Shown: piece after piece, positions 1 through 11,919 of the stretch
How positions within the stretch are numbered: position 1 is the stretch's first letter
Layout of the letters: every line of letters starts with the position of its first letter
Assembly (NCBI RefSeq): GCF_009914755.1
Contig: NC_060932.1
DNA from: the human T2T-CHM13v2.0 reference genome, Homo sapiens
Strand: one strand, 5' to 3'
DNA length: 64,000 nt
The notes under the pieces: model-generated
The model's input: only the letters and a program-made list of their open reading frames with translations
Told to the model about the DNA's origin: nothing
Databases searched by the model: none
Program-made: the position numbers and the translations under genes

Positions 1-320
1 GCAATATAAAACGTACACAGCAGCATACTCAGAAAATACTTTGCCATATTTCCATTCAAGTCACAGAGTGGAACATTCCCATTCATAGAGCAGGTTGGAA
101 ACACTCTTTTTGGAGTATCTGGAAGTGGACATTTGGAGCGCTTTCTGAACTATGGTGAAAAAGGAAATATCTTCCAATGAAAACAAGACAGAAGCATTCT
201 GAGAAACTTATTTGTGATGTGTGTCCTCAACAAACGGACTTGAACCTTTCGTTTCATGCAGTACTTCTGGAACACTCTTTTTGAAGATTCTGCATGCGGA
301 TATTTGGATAGCTTTGAGGA

Positions 321-337
321 TTTCGTTGGAAACGGGC
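321..337 (+). other. CENP-B box, intact (representative; 8-mer monomer g)
   Basis: tttcgttggaaacgggc matches the NTTCGNNNNANNCGGGN core. Confidence 0.95.
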
Positions 338-658
338 TTACATGTAAAAATTAGACGGCAGCATTCTCAGAAACTTCTTTGTGGTGTCTGCATTCAAGTC
401 ACAGAATTGAACTTCCCCTCACATAGAGCAGTTGTGCAGCACTCTATTTGTAGTATCTGGAAGTGGACATTTGGAGGGCTTTGTAGCCTATCTGGAAAAA
501 GGAAATATCTTCCCATGAATGCGAGATAGAAGTAATCTCAGAAACATGTTTATGCTGTATCTACTCAACTAACTGTGCTGAACATTTCTATTGATAGAGC
601 AGTTTTGAGACACTCTTCTTTTGGAATCTGCAAGTGGATATTTGGATAGATTTGAGGA

Positions 659-675
659 TTTCGTTGGAAACGGGA
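659..675 (+). other. CENP-B box, intact (representative; monomer a, shared by both HORs)
   Basis: tttcgttggaaacggga. Confidence 0.97.
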
Positions 676-997
676 TTATATATCAAAAGTAGACAGCAGC
701 ATTCTCAGAAACTTCTTTGTGATGTTTGCATCCAGCTCTCAGAGTTGAACATTCCCTTTCATAGAGTAGGTTTGAAACCCTCTTTTTATAGTGTCTGGAA
801 GCGGGCATTTGGAGCGCTTTCAGGCCTATGCTTAAAATAGGAAATATCTACCTACAGAAACTAGACAGAAGCATTCTGAGAATCACGTTTGTGATGTGGG
901 TACTCAACTAACAGTGTTGATCCATTCTTTTGATACAGCAGTTTTGAACCACACTTTTTGTAGAATCTGCAAGAGGATATTTGGATAGCTGTGAGGA

Positions 998-1014
998 TTT
1001 CGTTGGAAACGGGA
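998..1014 (+). other. CENP-B box, intact (representative; hybrid monomer c/k of the 8-mer)
   Basis: tttcgttggaaacggga. Confidence 0.97.
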
Positions 1015-1168
1015 ATGTCTTCAAAGAAAATCTAGACAGAAGCATTCTCAGAAACACCTTCGTGATGTTTGCAATCAAGTCACAGAGTTGAACCTTCCGT
1101 TTCATAGAGCAGGTTGGAAACACTCTTATTGTAGTATCTGGAAGTGGACATTTGGAGCGCTTTCAGGC

Positions 1169-1185
1169 CTATGGTGAAAAAGGAA
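1169..1185 (+). other. pJalpha (A-box) motif (representative; also 150-166)
   Basis: ctatggtgaaaaaggaa sits at the position homologous to the CENP-B box in the alternate monomers. Confidence 0.85.
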
Positions 1186-1338
1186 ATATCTTCCCATAAA
1201 AACGACATAGAAGCTATCTCAGGAACTTGTTTATGATGCATCTAATCAACTAACAGTGTTGAACCTTTGTACTAACAGAGCAGTTTGAAACACTCTTTTT
1301 TTGGAATCTGCAAGTGGATATTTGGATCGCTTTGAGGA

Positions 1339-1355
1339 TTTCGTTGGAAACGGGA
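1339..1355 (+). other. CENP-B box, intact (representative; 8-mer monomer e)
   Basis: tttcgttggaaacggga. Confidence 0.97.
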
Positions 1356-4300
1356 TGCAATATAAAACGTACACAGCAGCATACTCAGAAAATACTTTGC
1401 CATATTTCCATTCAAGTCACAGAGTGGAACATTCCCATTCATAGAGCAGGTTGGAAACACTCTTTTTGGAGTATCTGGAAGTGGACATTTGGAGCGCTTT
1501 CTGAACTATGGTGAAAAAGGAAATATCTTCCAATGAAAACAAGACAGAAGCATTCTGAGAAACTTATTTGTGATGTGTGTCCTCAACAAACGGACTTGAA
1601 ACTTTCGTTTCATGCAGTACTTCTGGAACACTCTTTTTGAAGATTCTGCATGCGGATATTTGGATAGCTTTGAGGATTTCGTTGGAAACGGTCTTACATG
1701 TAAAAATTAGACAACAGCATTCTCAGAAACTTCTTTGTGGTGTCTGCATTCAAGTCACAGAATTGAACTTCCCCTCACATAGAGCAGTTGTGCAGCACTC
1801 TATTTGTAGTATCTGGAAGTGGACATTTGGAGGGCTTTGTAGCCTATCTGGAAAAAGGAATTATCTTCCCATGAATGCGAGATAGAAGTAATCTGAGAAA
1901 CATGTTTATGCTGTATCTACTCAACTAACTGTGCTGAACATTTCTATTGATAGAGCAGTTTTGAGACACTCTTCTTTTGGAATCTGCAAGTGGATATTTG
2001 GATAGATTTGAGGATTTCGTTGGAAACGGGATTATATATAAAAAGTAGACAGCAGCATTCTCAGAAACTTCTTTGTGATGTTTGCATCCAGCTCTCAGAG
2101 TTGAACATTCCCTTTCATAGAGTAGGTTTGAAACCCTCTTTTTATAGTGTCTGGAAGCGGGCATTTGGAGCGCTTTCAGGCCTATGCTTAAAATAGGAAA
2201 TATCTACCTACAGAAACTAGACAGAAGCATTCTGAGAATCACGTTTGTGATGTGGGTACTCAACTAACAGTGTTGATCTATTCTTTTGATACAGCAGTTT
2301 TGAACCACACTTTTTGTAGAATCTGCAAGAGGATATTTGGATAGCTGTGAGGATTTCGTTGGAAACGGTAATGTCTTCAAAGAAAATCTAGACAGAAGCA
2401 TTCTCAGAAATACCTTCGTGATGTTTGCAATCAAGTCACAGAGTTGAACCTTCCGTTTCATAGAGCAGGTTGGAAACACTCTTATTGTAGTATCTGGAAG
2501 TGGACATTTGGAGCGCTTTCAGGCCTATGGTGAAAAAGGAAATATCTTCCCATAAAAACGATATAGAAGCTATCTCAGGAACTTGTTTATGATGCATCTA
2601 ATCAACTAACAGTGTTGAACCTTTGTACTGACAGAGCAGTTTGAAACACTCTTTTTTTGGAATCTGCAAGTGGATATTTGGATCCCTTTGAGGATTTCGT
2701 TGGAAACGGGATGCAATATAAAACGTACACAGCAGCATACTCAGAAAATACTTTGCCATATTTCCATTCAAGTCACAGAGTGGAACATTCCCATTCATAG
2801 AGCAGGTTTGAAACACTCTTTTTGGAGTATCTGGAAGTGGACATTTGGAGCGCTTTCTGAACTATGGTGAAAAAGGAAATATCTTCCAATGAAAACAAGA
2901 CAGAAGCATTCTGAGAAACTTATTTGTGATGTGTGTCCTCAACAAACGGACTTGAACCTTTCGTTTCATGCAGTACTTCTGGAACACTCTTTTTGAAGAT
3001 TCTGCATGCGGATATTTGGATAGCTTTGAGGATTTCGTTGGAAACGGGCTTACATGTAAAAATTAGACAGCAGCATTCTCAGAAACTTCTTTGTGGTGTC
3101 TGCATTCAAGTCACAGAATTGAACATCCCCTCACATAGAGCAGTTGTGCAGCACTCTATTTGTAGTATCTGGAAGTGGACATTTGGAGGGCTTTGTAGCC
3201 TATCTGGAAAAAGGAAATATCTTCCCATGAATGCGAGATAGAAGTAATCTCAGAAACATGTTTATGCTGTATCTACTCAACTAACTGTGCTGAACATTTC
3301 TATTGATAGAGCAGTTTTGAGACACTCTTCTTTTGGAATCTGCAAGTGGATATTTGGATAGATTTGAGGATTTCGTTGGAAACGGGATTATATATAAAAA
3401 GTAGACAGCAGCATTCTCAGAAACTTCTTTGTGATGTTTGCATCCAGCTCTCAGAGTTGAACATTCCCTTTCATAGAGTAGGTTTGAAACCCTCTTTTTA
3501 TAGTGTCTGGAAGCGGGCATTTGGAGCGCTTTCAGGCCTATGCTTAAAATAGGAAATATCTACCTACAGAAACTAGACAGAAGCATTCTGAGAATCACGT
3601 TTGTGATGTGGGTACTCAACTAACAGTGTTGATCCATTCTTTTGATACAGCAGTTTTGAACCACACTTTTTGTAGAATCTGCAAGAGGATATTTGGATAG
3701 CTGTGAGGATTTCGTTGGAAACGGGGATGTCTTCAAAGAAAATCTAGACAGAAGCATTCTCAGAAACACCTTCGTGATGTTTGCAATCAAGTCACAGAGT
3801 TGAACCTTCCGTTTCATAGAGCAGGTTGGAAACACTCTTATTGTAGTATCTGGAAGTGGACATTTGGAGCGCTTTCAGGCCTATGGTGAAAAAGGAAATA
3901 TATTCCCATAAAAACGACATAGAAGCTATCTCAGGAACTTGTTTATGATGCATCTAATCAACTAACAGTGTTGAACCTTTGTACTGACAGAGCAGTTTGA
4001 AACACTCTTTTTTTGGAATCTGCAAGTGGATATTTGGATCGCTTTGAGGATTTCGTTGGAAACGGGATGCAATATAAAACGTACACAGCAGCATACTCAG
4101 AAAATACTTTGCCATATTTCCATTCAAGTCACAGAGTGGAACATTCCCATTCATAGAGCAGGTTGGAAACACTCTTTTTGGAGTATCTGGAAGTGGACAT
4201 TTGGAGCGCTTTCTGAACTATGGTGAAAAAGGAAATATCTTCCAATGAAAACAAGACAGAAGCATTCTGAGAAACTTATTTGTGATGTGTGTCCTCAACA

Positions 4301-5064
4301 AACGGACTTGAACCTTTCGTTTCATGCAGTACTTCTGGAACACTCTTTTTGAAGATTCTGCATGCGGATATTTGGATAGCTTTGAGGATTTCGTTGGAAA
4401 CGGGCTTACATGTAAAAATTAGACAGCAGCATTCTCAGAAACTTCTTTGTGGTGTCTGCATTCAAGTCACAGAATTGAACATCCCCTCACATAGAGCAGT
4501 TGTGCAGCACTCTATTTGTAGTATCTCGAAGTGGACATTTGGAGGGCTTTGTAGCCTATCTGGAAAAAGGAAATATCTTCCCATGAATGCGAGATAGAAG
4601 TAATCTCAGAAACATGTTTATGCTGTATCTACTCAACTAACTGTGCTGAACATTTCTATTGATAGAGCAGTTTTGAGACACTCTTCTTTTGGAATCTGCA
4701 AGTGGATATTTGGATAGATTTGAGGATTTCGTTGGAAACGGGATTATATATAAAAAGTAGACAGCAGCATTCTCAGAAACTTCTTTGTGATGTTTGCATC
4801 CAGCTCTCAGAGTTGAACATTCCCTTTCATAGAGTAGGTTTGAAACCCTCTTTTTATAGTGTCTGGAAGCGGGCATTTGGAGCGCTTTCAGGCCTATGCT
4901 GAAAAAGGAAATATCTACCTATAGAAACTAGACAGAAGCATTCTGAGAATCAGGTTTGTGATGTGGGTACTCAACTAACAGTGTTGATCCATTCTTTTGA
5001 TACAGCAGTTTTGAACCACCCTTTTTGTAGAATCTGCAAGTGGATATTTGGATAGCTGTGAGGA

Positions 5065-5252
5065 TTTCGTTGGAAACGGGAATGTCTTCATAGAAAATTT
5101 AGACAGAAGCATTCTCAGAACCTTGATTGTGATGTGTGTTCTCCACTAACAGAGTTGAACCTTTCTTTTGACAGAACTGTTCTGAAACATTCTTTTTATA
5201 GAATCTGGAAGTGGATATTTGGAAAGCTTTGAGGATTTCGTTGGAAACGGGA
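5065..5252 (+). other. Two intact CENP-B boxes in adjacent monomers of the 7-mer (5065-5081 and 5236-5252)
   Basis: Both read tttcgttggaaacggga, 171 bp apart. The pair recurs in each 7-mer. Confidence 0.95.
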
Positions 5253-5577
5253 ATATCTTCAAATAAAATCTAGCCAGAAGCATTCTAAGAAACATCTTAG
5301 GGATGTTTACATTCAAGTCACAGAGTTGAACATTCCCTTTCACAGAGCAGGTTTGAAACAATCTTCTCGTACTATCTGGCAGTGGACATTTTGAGCTCCT
5401 TGGGGCCTATGCTGAAAAAGGAAATATCTTCCGACAAAAACTAGACAGAAGCATTCGCAGAATCACGTTTGTGATGTGTGCACTCAACTGTCAGAATTGA
5501 ACCTTGGTTTGGACAGAGCACTTTTGAAACACTCTTTTTGTAGAATCTGCAGGTGGATATTTGGCTAGCTTTGAGGA

Positions 5578-5594
5578 TTTCGTTGGAAACGGTA
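5578..5594 (+). other. Degenerate CENP-B box (CGGG to CGGT), 7-mer monomer k
   Basis: tttcgttggaaacggta, with one of the nine core bases changed. The same allele is in the 7-mers throughout (ORF motif KTLPFPTK). Confidence 0.9.
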
Positions 5595-5793
5595 ATGTCT
5601 TCAAAGAAAATCTAGACAGAAGCATTCTCAGAAACACCTTCGTGATGTTTGCAATCAAGTCACAGAGTTGAACCTTCCGTTTCATAGAGCAGGTTGGAAA
5701 CACTCTTTTTGTAGTATCTGGAAGTGGACATTTGGAGGGCTTTGTAGCCTATCTGGAAAAAGGAAATATCTTCCCATGAATGCGAGATAGAAG

Positions 5794-7149
5794 TAATCTC
5801 AGAAACATGTTTATGCTGTATCTACTCAACTAACTGTGCTGAACATTTCTATTGATAGAGCAGTTTTGAGACACTCTTCTTTTGGAATCTGCAAGTGGAT
5901 ATTTGGATAGATTTGAGGATTTCGTTGGAAACGGGATTATATATCAAAAGTAGACAGCAGCATTCTCAGAAACTTCTTTGTGATGTTTGCATCCAGCTCT
6001 CAGAGTTGAACATTCCCTTTCATAGAGTAGGTTTGAAACCCTCTTTTTATAGTGTCTGGAAGCGGGCATTTGGAGCGCTTTCAGGCCTATGCTTAAAATA
6101 GGAAATATCTACCTACAGAAACTAGACAGAAGCATTCTGAGAATCACGTTTGTGATGTGGGTACTCAACTAACAGTGTTGATCCATTCTTTTGATACAGC
6201 AGTTTTGAACCACACTTTTTGTAGAATCTGCAAGAGGATATTTGGATAGCTGTGAGGATTTCGTTGGAAACGGGAATGTCTTCAAAGAAAATCTAGACAG
6301 AAGCATTCTCAGAAACACCTTCGTGATGTTTGCAATCAAGTCACAGAGTTGAACCTTCCGTTTCATAGAGCAGGTTGGAAACACTCTTATTGTAGTATCT
6401 GGAAGTGGACATTTGGAGCGCTTTCAGGCCTATGGTGAAAAAGGAAATATCTTCCCATAAAAACGACATAGAAGCTATCTCAGGAACTTGTTTATGATGC
6501 ATCTAATCAACTAACAGTGTTGAACCTTTGTACTGACAGAGCAGTTTGAAACACTCTTTTTTTGGAATCTGCAAGTGGATATTTGGATCGCTTTGAGGAT
6601 TTCGTTGGAAACGGGATGCAATATAAAACGTACACAGCAGCATACTCAGAAAATACTTTGCCATATTTCCATTCAAGTCACAGAGTGGAACATTCCCATT
6701 CATAGAGCAGGTTGGAAACACTCTTTTTGGAGTATCTGGAAGTGGACATTTGGAGCGCTTTCTGAACTATGGTGAAAAAGGAAATATCTTCCAATGAAAA
6801 CAAGACAGAAGCATTCTGAGAAACTTATTTGTGATGTGTGTCCTCAACAAACGGACTTGAACCTTTCGTTTCATGCAGTACTTCTGGAACACTCTTTTTG
6901 AAGATTCTGCATGCGGATATTTGGATAGCTTTGAGGATTTCGTTGGAAACGGGCTTACATGTAAAAATTAGACAGCAGCATTCTCAGAAACTTCTTTGTG
7001 GTGTCTGCATTCAAGTCACAGAATTGAACATCCCCTCACATAGAGCAGTTGTGCAGCACTCTATTTGTAGTATCTGGAAGTGGACATTTGGAGGGCTTTG
7101 TAGCCTATGTGGAAAAAGGAAATATCTTCCCATGAATGCGAGATAGAAG
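5794..7149 (+). repeat. 8-mer HOR (1356 bp)
   Basis: Anchor spacing 5895 to 7251. Confidence 0.95.
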
Positions 7150-10100
7150 TAATCTCAGAAACATGTTTATGCTGTACCTACTCAACTAACTGTGCTGAAC
7201 ATTTCTATTGATAGAGCAGTTTTGAGACACTCTTCTTTTGGAATCTGCAAGTGGATATTTGGATAGATTTGAGGATTTCGTTGGAAACGGGATTATATAT
7301 AAAAAGTAGACAGCAGCATTCTCAGAAACTTCTTTGTGATGTTTGCATCCAGCTCTCAGAGTTGAACATTCCCTTTCATAGAGTAGGTTTGAAACCCTCT
7401 TTTTATAGTGTCTGGAAGCGGGCATTTGGAGCGCTTTCAGGCCTATGCTGAAAAAGGAAATATCTACCTATAGAAACTAGACAGAAGCATTCTGAGAATC
7501 ACGTTTGTGATGTGGGTACTCAACTAACAGTGTTGATCCATTCTTTTGATACAGCAGTTTTGAACCACACTTTTTGTAGAATCTGCAAGTGGATATTTGG
7601 ATAGCTGTGAGGATTTCGTTGGAAACGGGAATGTCTTCATAGAAAATTTAGACAGAAGCATTCTCAGAACCTTGATTGTGATGTGTGTTCTCCACTAACA
7701 GAGTTGAACCTTTCTTTTGACAGAACTGTTCTGAAACATTCTTTTTATAGAATCTGGAAGTGGATATTTGGAAAGCTTTGAGGATTTCGTTGGAAACGGG
7801 AATATCTTCAAATCAAATCTAGCCAGAAGCATTCTAAGAAACATCTTAGGGATGTTTACATTCAAGTCACAGAGTTGAACATTCCCTTTCACAGAGCAGG
7901 TTTGAAACAATCTTCTCGTACTATCTGGAAGTGGACATTTTGAGCTCCTTGGGGCCTATGCTGAAAAAGGAAATATCTTCCGACAAAAACTAGACAGAAG
8001 CATTCGCAGAATCACGTTTGTGATGTGTGCACTCAACTGTCAGAATTGAACCTTGGTTTGGACAGAGCACTTTTGAAACACTCTTTTTGTAGAATCTGCA
8101 GGTGGATATTTGGCTAGCTTTGAGGATTTCGTTGGAAACGGTAATGTCTTCAAAGAAAATCTAGACAGAAGCATTCTCAGAAACACCTTCGTGATGTTTG
8201 CAATCAAGTCACAGAGTTGAACCTTCCGTTTCATAGAGCAGGTTGGAAACACTCTTTTTGTAGTATCTGGAAGTGGACATTTGGAGGGCTTTGTAGCCTA
8301 TGTGGAAAAAGGAAATATCTTCCCATGAATGCGAGATAGAAGTAATCTCAGAAACATGTTTATGCTGTATCTACTCAACTAACTGTGCTGAACATTTCTA
8401 TTGATAGAGCAGTTTTGAGACACTCTTCTTTTGGAATCTGCAAGTGGATATTTGGATAGATTTGAGGATTTCGTTGGAAACGGGATTATATATCAAAAGT
8501 AGACAGCAGCATTCTCAGAAACTTCTTTGTGATGTTTGCATCCAGCTCTCAGAGTTGAACATTCCCTTTCATAGAGTAGGTTTGAAACCCTCTTTTTATA
8601 GTGTCTGGAAGCGGGCATTTGGAGCGCTTTCAGGCCTATGCTGAAAAAGGAAATATCTACCTATGGAAACTAGACAGAAGCATTCTGAGAATCACGTTTG
8701 TGATGTGGGTACTCAACTAACAGTGTTGATCCATTCTTTTGATACAGCAGTTTTGAACCACACTTTTTGTAGAATCTGCAAGTGGATATTTGGATAGCTG
8801 TGAGGATTTCGTTGGAAACGGGAATGTCTTCATAGAAAATTTAGACAGAAGCATTCTCAGAACCTTGATTGTGATGTGTGTTCTCCACTAACAGAGTTGA
8901 ACCTTTCTTTTGACAGAACTGTTCTGAAACATTCTTGTTATAGAATCTAGAAGTGGATATTTGGAAAGCTTTGAGGATTTCGTTGGAAACGGGAATATCT
9001 TCAAATCAAATCTAGCCAGAAGCATTCTAAGAAACATCTTAGGGATGTTTACATTCAAGTCACAGAGTTGAACATTCCCTTTCACAGAGCAGGTTTGAAA
9101 CAATCTTCTCGTACTATCTGGCAGTGGACATTTTGAGCTCCTTGGGGCCTATGCTGAAAAAGGAAATATCTTCCGACAAAAACTAGACAGAAGCATTCGC
9201 AGAATCGCGTTTGTGATGTGTGCACTCAACTGTCAGAATTGAACCTTGGTTTGGACAGAGCACTTTTGAAACACTCTTTTTGTAGAATCTGCAGGTGGAT
9301 ATTTGGCTAGCTTTGAGGATTTCGTTGGAAACGGTAATGTCTTCAAAGAAAATCTAGACAGAAGCATTCTCAGAAACACCTTCGTGATGTTTGCAATCAA
9401 GTCACAGAGTTGAACCTTCCGTTTCATAGAGCAGGTTGGAAACACTCTTTTTGTAGTATCTGGAAGTGGACATTTGGAGGGCTTTGTAGCCTATGTGGAA
9501 AAAGGAAATATCTTCCCATGAATGCGAGATAGAAGTAATCTCAGAAACATGTTTATGCTGTATCTACTCAACTAACTGTGCTGAACATTTCTATTGATAG
9601 AGCAGTTTTGAGACACTCTTCTTTTGGAATCTGCAAGTGGATATTTGGATAGATTTGAGGATTTCGTTGGAAACGGGATTATATATCAAAAGTAGACAGC
9701 AGCATTCTCAGAAACTTCTTTGTGATGTTTGCATCCAGCTCTCAGAGTTGAACATTCCCTTTCATAGAGTAGGTTTGAAACCCTCTTTTTATAGTGTCTG
9801 GAAGCGGGCATTTGGAGCGCTTTCAGGCCTATGCTGAAAAAGGAAATATCTACCTATAGAAACTAGACAGAAGCATTCTGAGAATCACGTTTGTGATGTG
9901 GGTACTCAACTAACAGTGTTGATCCATTCTTTTGATACAGCAGTTTTGAACCACACTTTTTGTAGAATCTGCAAGTGGATATTTGGATAGCTGTGAGGAT
10001 TTCGTTGGAAACGGGAATGTCTTCATAGAAAATTTAGACAGAAGCATTCTCAGAACCTTGATTGTGATGTGTGTTCTCCACTAACAGAGTTGAACCTTTC

Positions 10101-11919
10101 TTTTGACAGAACTGTTATGAAACATTCTTTTTATAGAATCTGGAAGTGGATATTTGGAAAGCTTTGAGGATTTCGTTGGAAACGGGAATATCTTCAAATA
10201 AAATCTAGCCAGAAGCATTCTAAGAAACATCTTAGGGATGTTTACATTCAAGTCACAGAGTTGAACATTCCCTTTCACAGAGCAGGTTTGAAACAATCTT
10301 CTCGTACTATCTGGCAGTGGACATTTTGAGCTCCTTGGGGCCTATGCTGAAAAAGGAAATATCTTCCGACAAAAACTAGACAGAAGCATTCGCAGAATCA
10401 CGTTTGTGATGTGTGCACTCAACTGTCAGAATTGAACCTTGGTTTGGACAGAGCACTTTTGAAACACTCTTTTTGTAGAATCTGCAGGTGGATATTTGGC
10501 TAGCTTTGAGGATTTCGTTGGAAACGGTAATGTCTTCAAAGAAAATCTAGACAGAAGCATTCTCAGAAACACCTTCGTGATGTTTGCAATCAAGTCACAG
10601 AGTTGAACCTTCCGTTTCATAGAGCAGGTTGGAAACACTCTTTGTAGTATCTGGAAGTGGACATTTGGAGGGCTTTGTAGCCTATCTGGAAAAAGGAAAT
10701 ATCTTCCCATGAATGCGAGATAGAAGTAATCTCAGAAACATGTTTATGCTGTATCTACTCAACTAACTGTGCTGAACATTTCTATTGATAGAGCAGTTTT
10801 GAGACACTCTTCTTTTGGAATCTGCAAGTGGATATTTGGATAGATTTGAGGATTTCGTTGGAAACGGGATTATATATCAAAAGTAGACAGCAGCATTCTC
10901 AGAAACTTCTTTGTGATGTTTGCATCCAGCTCTCAGAGTTGAACATTCCCTTTCATAGAGTAGGTTTGAAACCCTCTTTTTATAGTGTCTGGAAGCGGGC
11001 ATTTGGAGCGCTTTCAGGCCTATGCTGAAAAAGGAAATATCTACCTATAGAAACTAGACAGAAGCATTCTGAGAATCACGTTTGTGATGTGGGTACTCAA
11101 CTAACAGTGTTGATCCATTCTTTTGATACAGCAGTTTTGAACCACACTTTTTGTAGAATCTGCAAGTGGATATTTGGATAGCTGTGAGGATTTCGTTGGA
11201 AACGGGAATGTCTTCATAGAAAATTTAGACAGAAGCATTCTCAGAACCTTGATTGTGATGTGTGTTCTCCACTAACAGAGTTGAACCTTTCTTTTGACAG
11301 AACTGTTCTGAAACATTCTTTTTATAGAATCTGGAAGTGGATATTTGGAAAGCTTTGAGGATTTCGTTGGAAACGGGAATATCTTCAAATAAAATCTAGC
11401 CAGAAGCATTCTAAGAAACATCTTAGGGATGTTTACATTCAAGTCACAGAGTTGAACATTCCCTTTCACAGAGCAGGTTTGAAACAATCTTCTCGTACTA
11501 TCTGGCAGTGGACATTTTGAGCTCCTTGGGGCCTATGCTGAAAAAGGAAATATCTTCCGACAAAAACTAGACAGAAGCATTCGCAGAATCACGTTTGTGA
11601 TGTGTGCACTCAACTGTCAGAATTGAACCTTGGTTTGGACAGAGCACTTTTGAAACACTCTTTTTGTAGAATCTGCAGGTGGATATTTGGCTAGCTTTGA
11701 GGATTTCGTTGGAAACGGTAATGTCTTCAAAGAAAATCTAGACAGAAGCATTCTCAGAAACACCTTCGTGATGTTTGCAATCAAGTCACAGAGTTGAACC
11801 TTCCGTTTCATAGAGCAGGTTGGAAACACTCTTTTTGTAGTATCTGGAAGTGGACATTTGGAGGGCTTTGTAGCCTATCTGGAAAAAGGAAATATCTTCC
11901 CATGAATGCGAGATAGAAG
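7150..11919 (+). repeat. Four tandem 7-mer HORs (1193, 1193, 1191, 1193 bp)
   Basis: Anchors at 7251, 8444, 9637, 10828 and 12021. The 8-mer-specific monomers are absent. Confidence 0.95.

Larger units (their letters stand above)
533..4600 (+). repeat. Three tandem 8-mer HORs (1356 bp each; starts 533, 1889, 3245), preceded by a partial 8-mer at 1-532
   Basis: The anchor ORF MDIWIDLR starts at 634, 1990, 3346 and 4702 (spacing 1356). Each unit has eight monomer starts. Confidence 0.95.
4601..5793 (+). repeat. 7-mer HOR (1193 bp), first copy
   Basis: Anchor spacing 4702 to 5895. Contains the 7-mer-specific monomers cattctcagaaccttgattg, cattctaagaaacatcttaggg and cattcgcagaatcacg. Confidence 0.95.

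Noticed and set aside
675-690. TATA-like tatatataaaaa after the monomer-a CENP-B box as a promoter
   Set aside because: It is an AT-rich part of the monomer, polymorphic (tatatCaaaa in many copies, including this one), with no other promoter evidence. Alphoid transcription exists but cannot be located from sequence.
3709-3730. acggggatgt variant as a broken CENP-B box
   Set aside because: The change affects the final non-core position and the CGGG core is intact.
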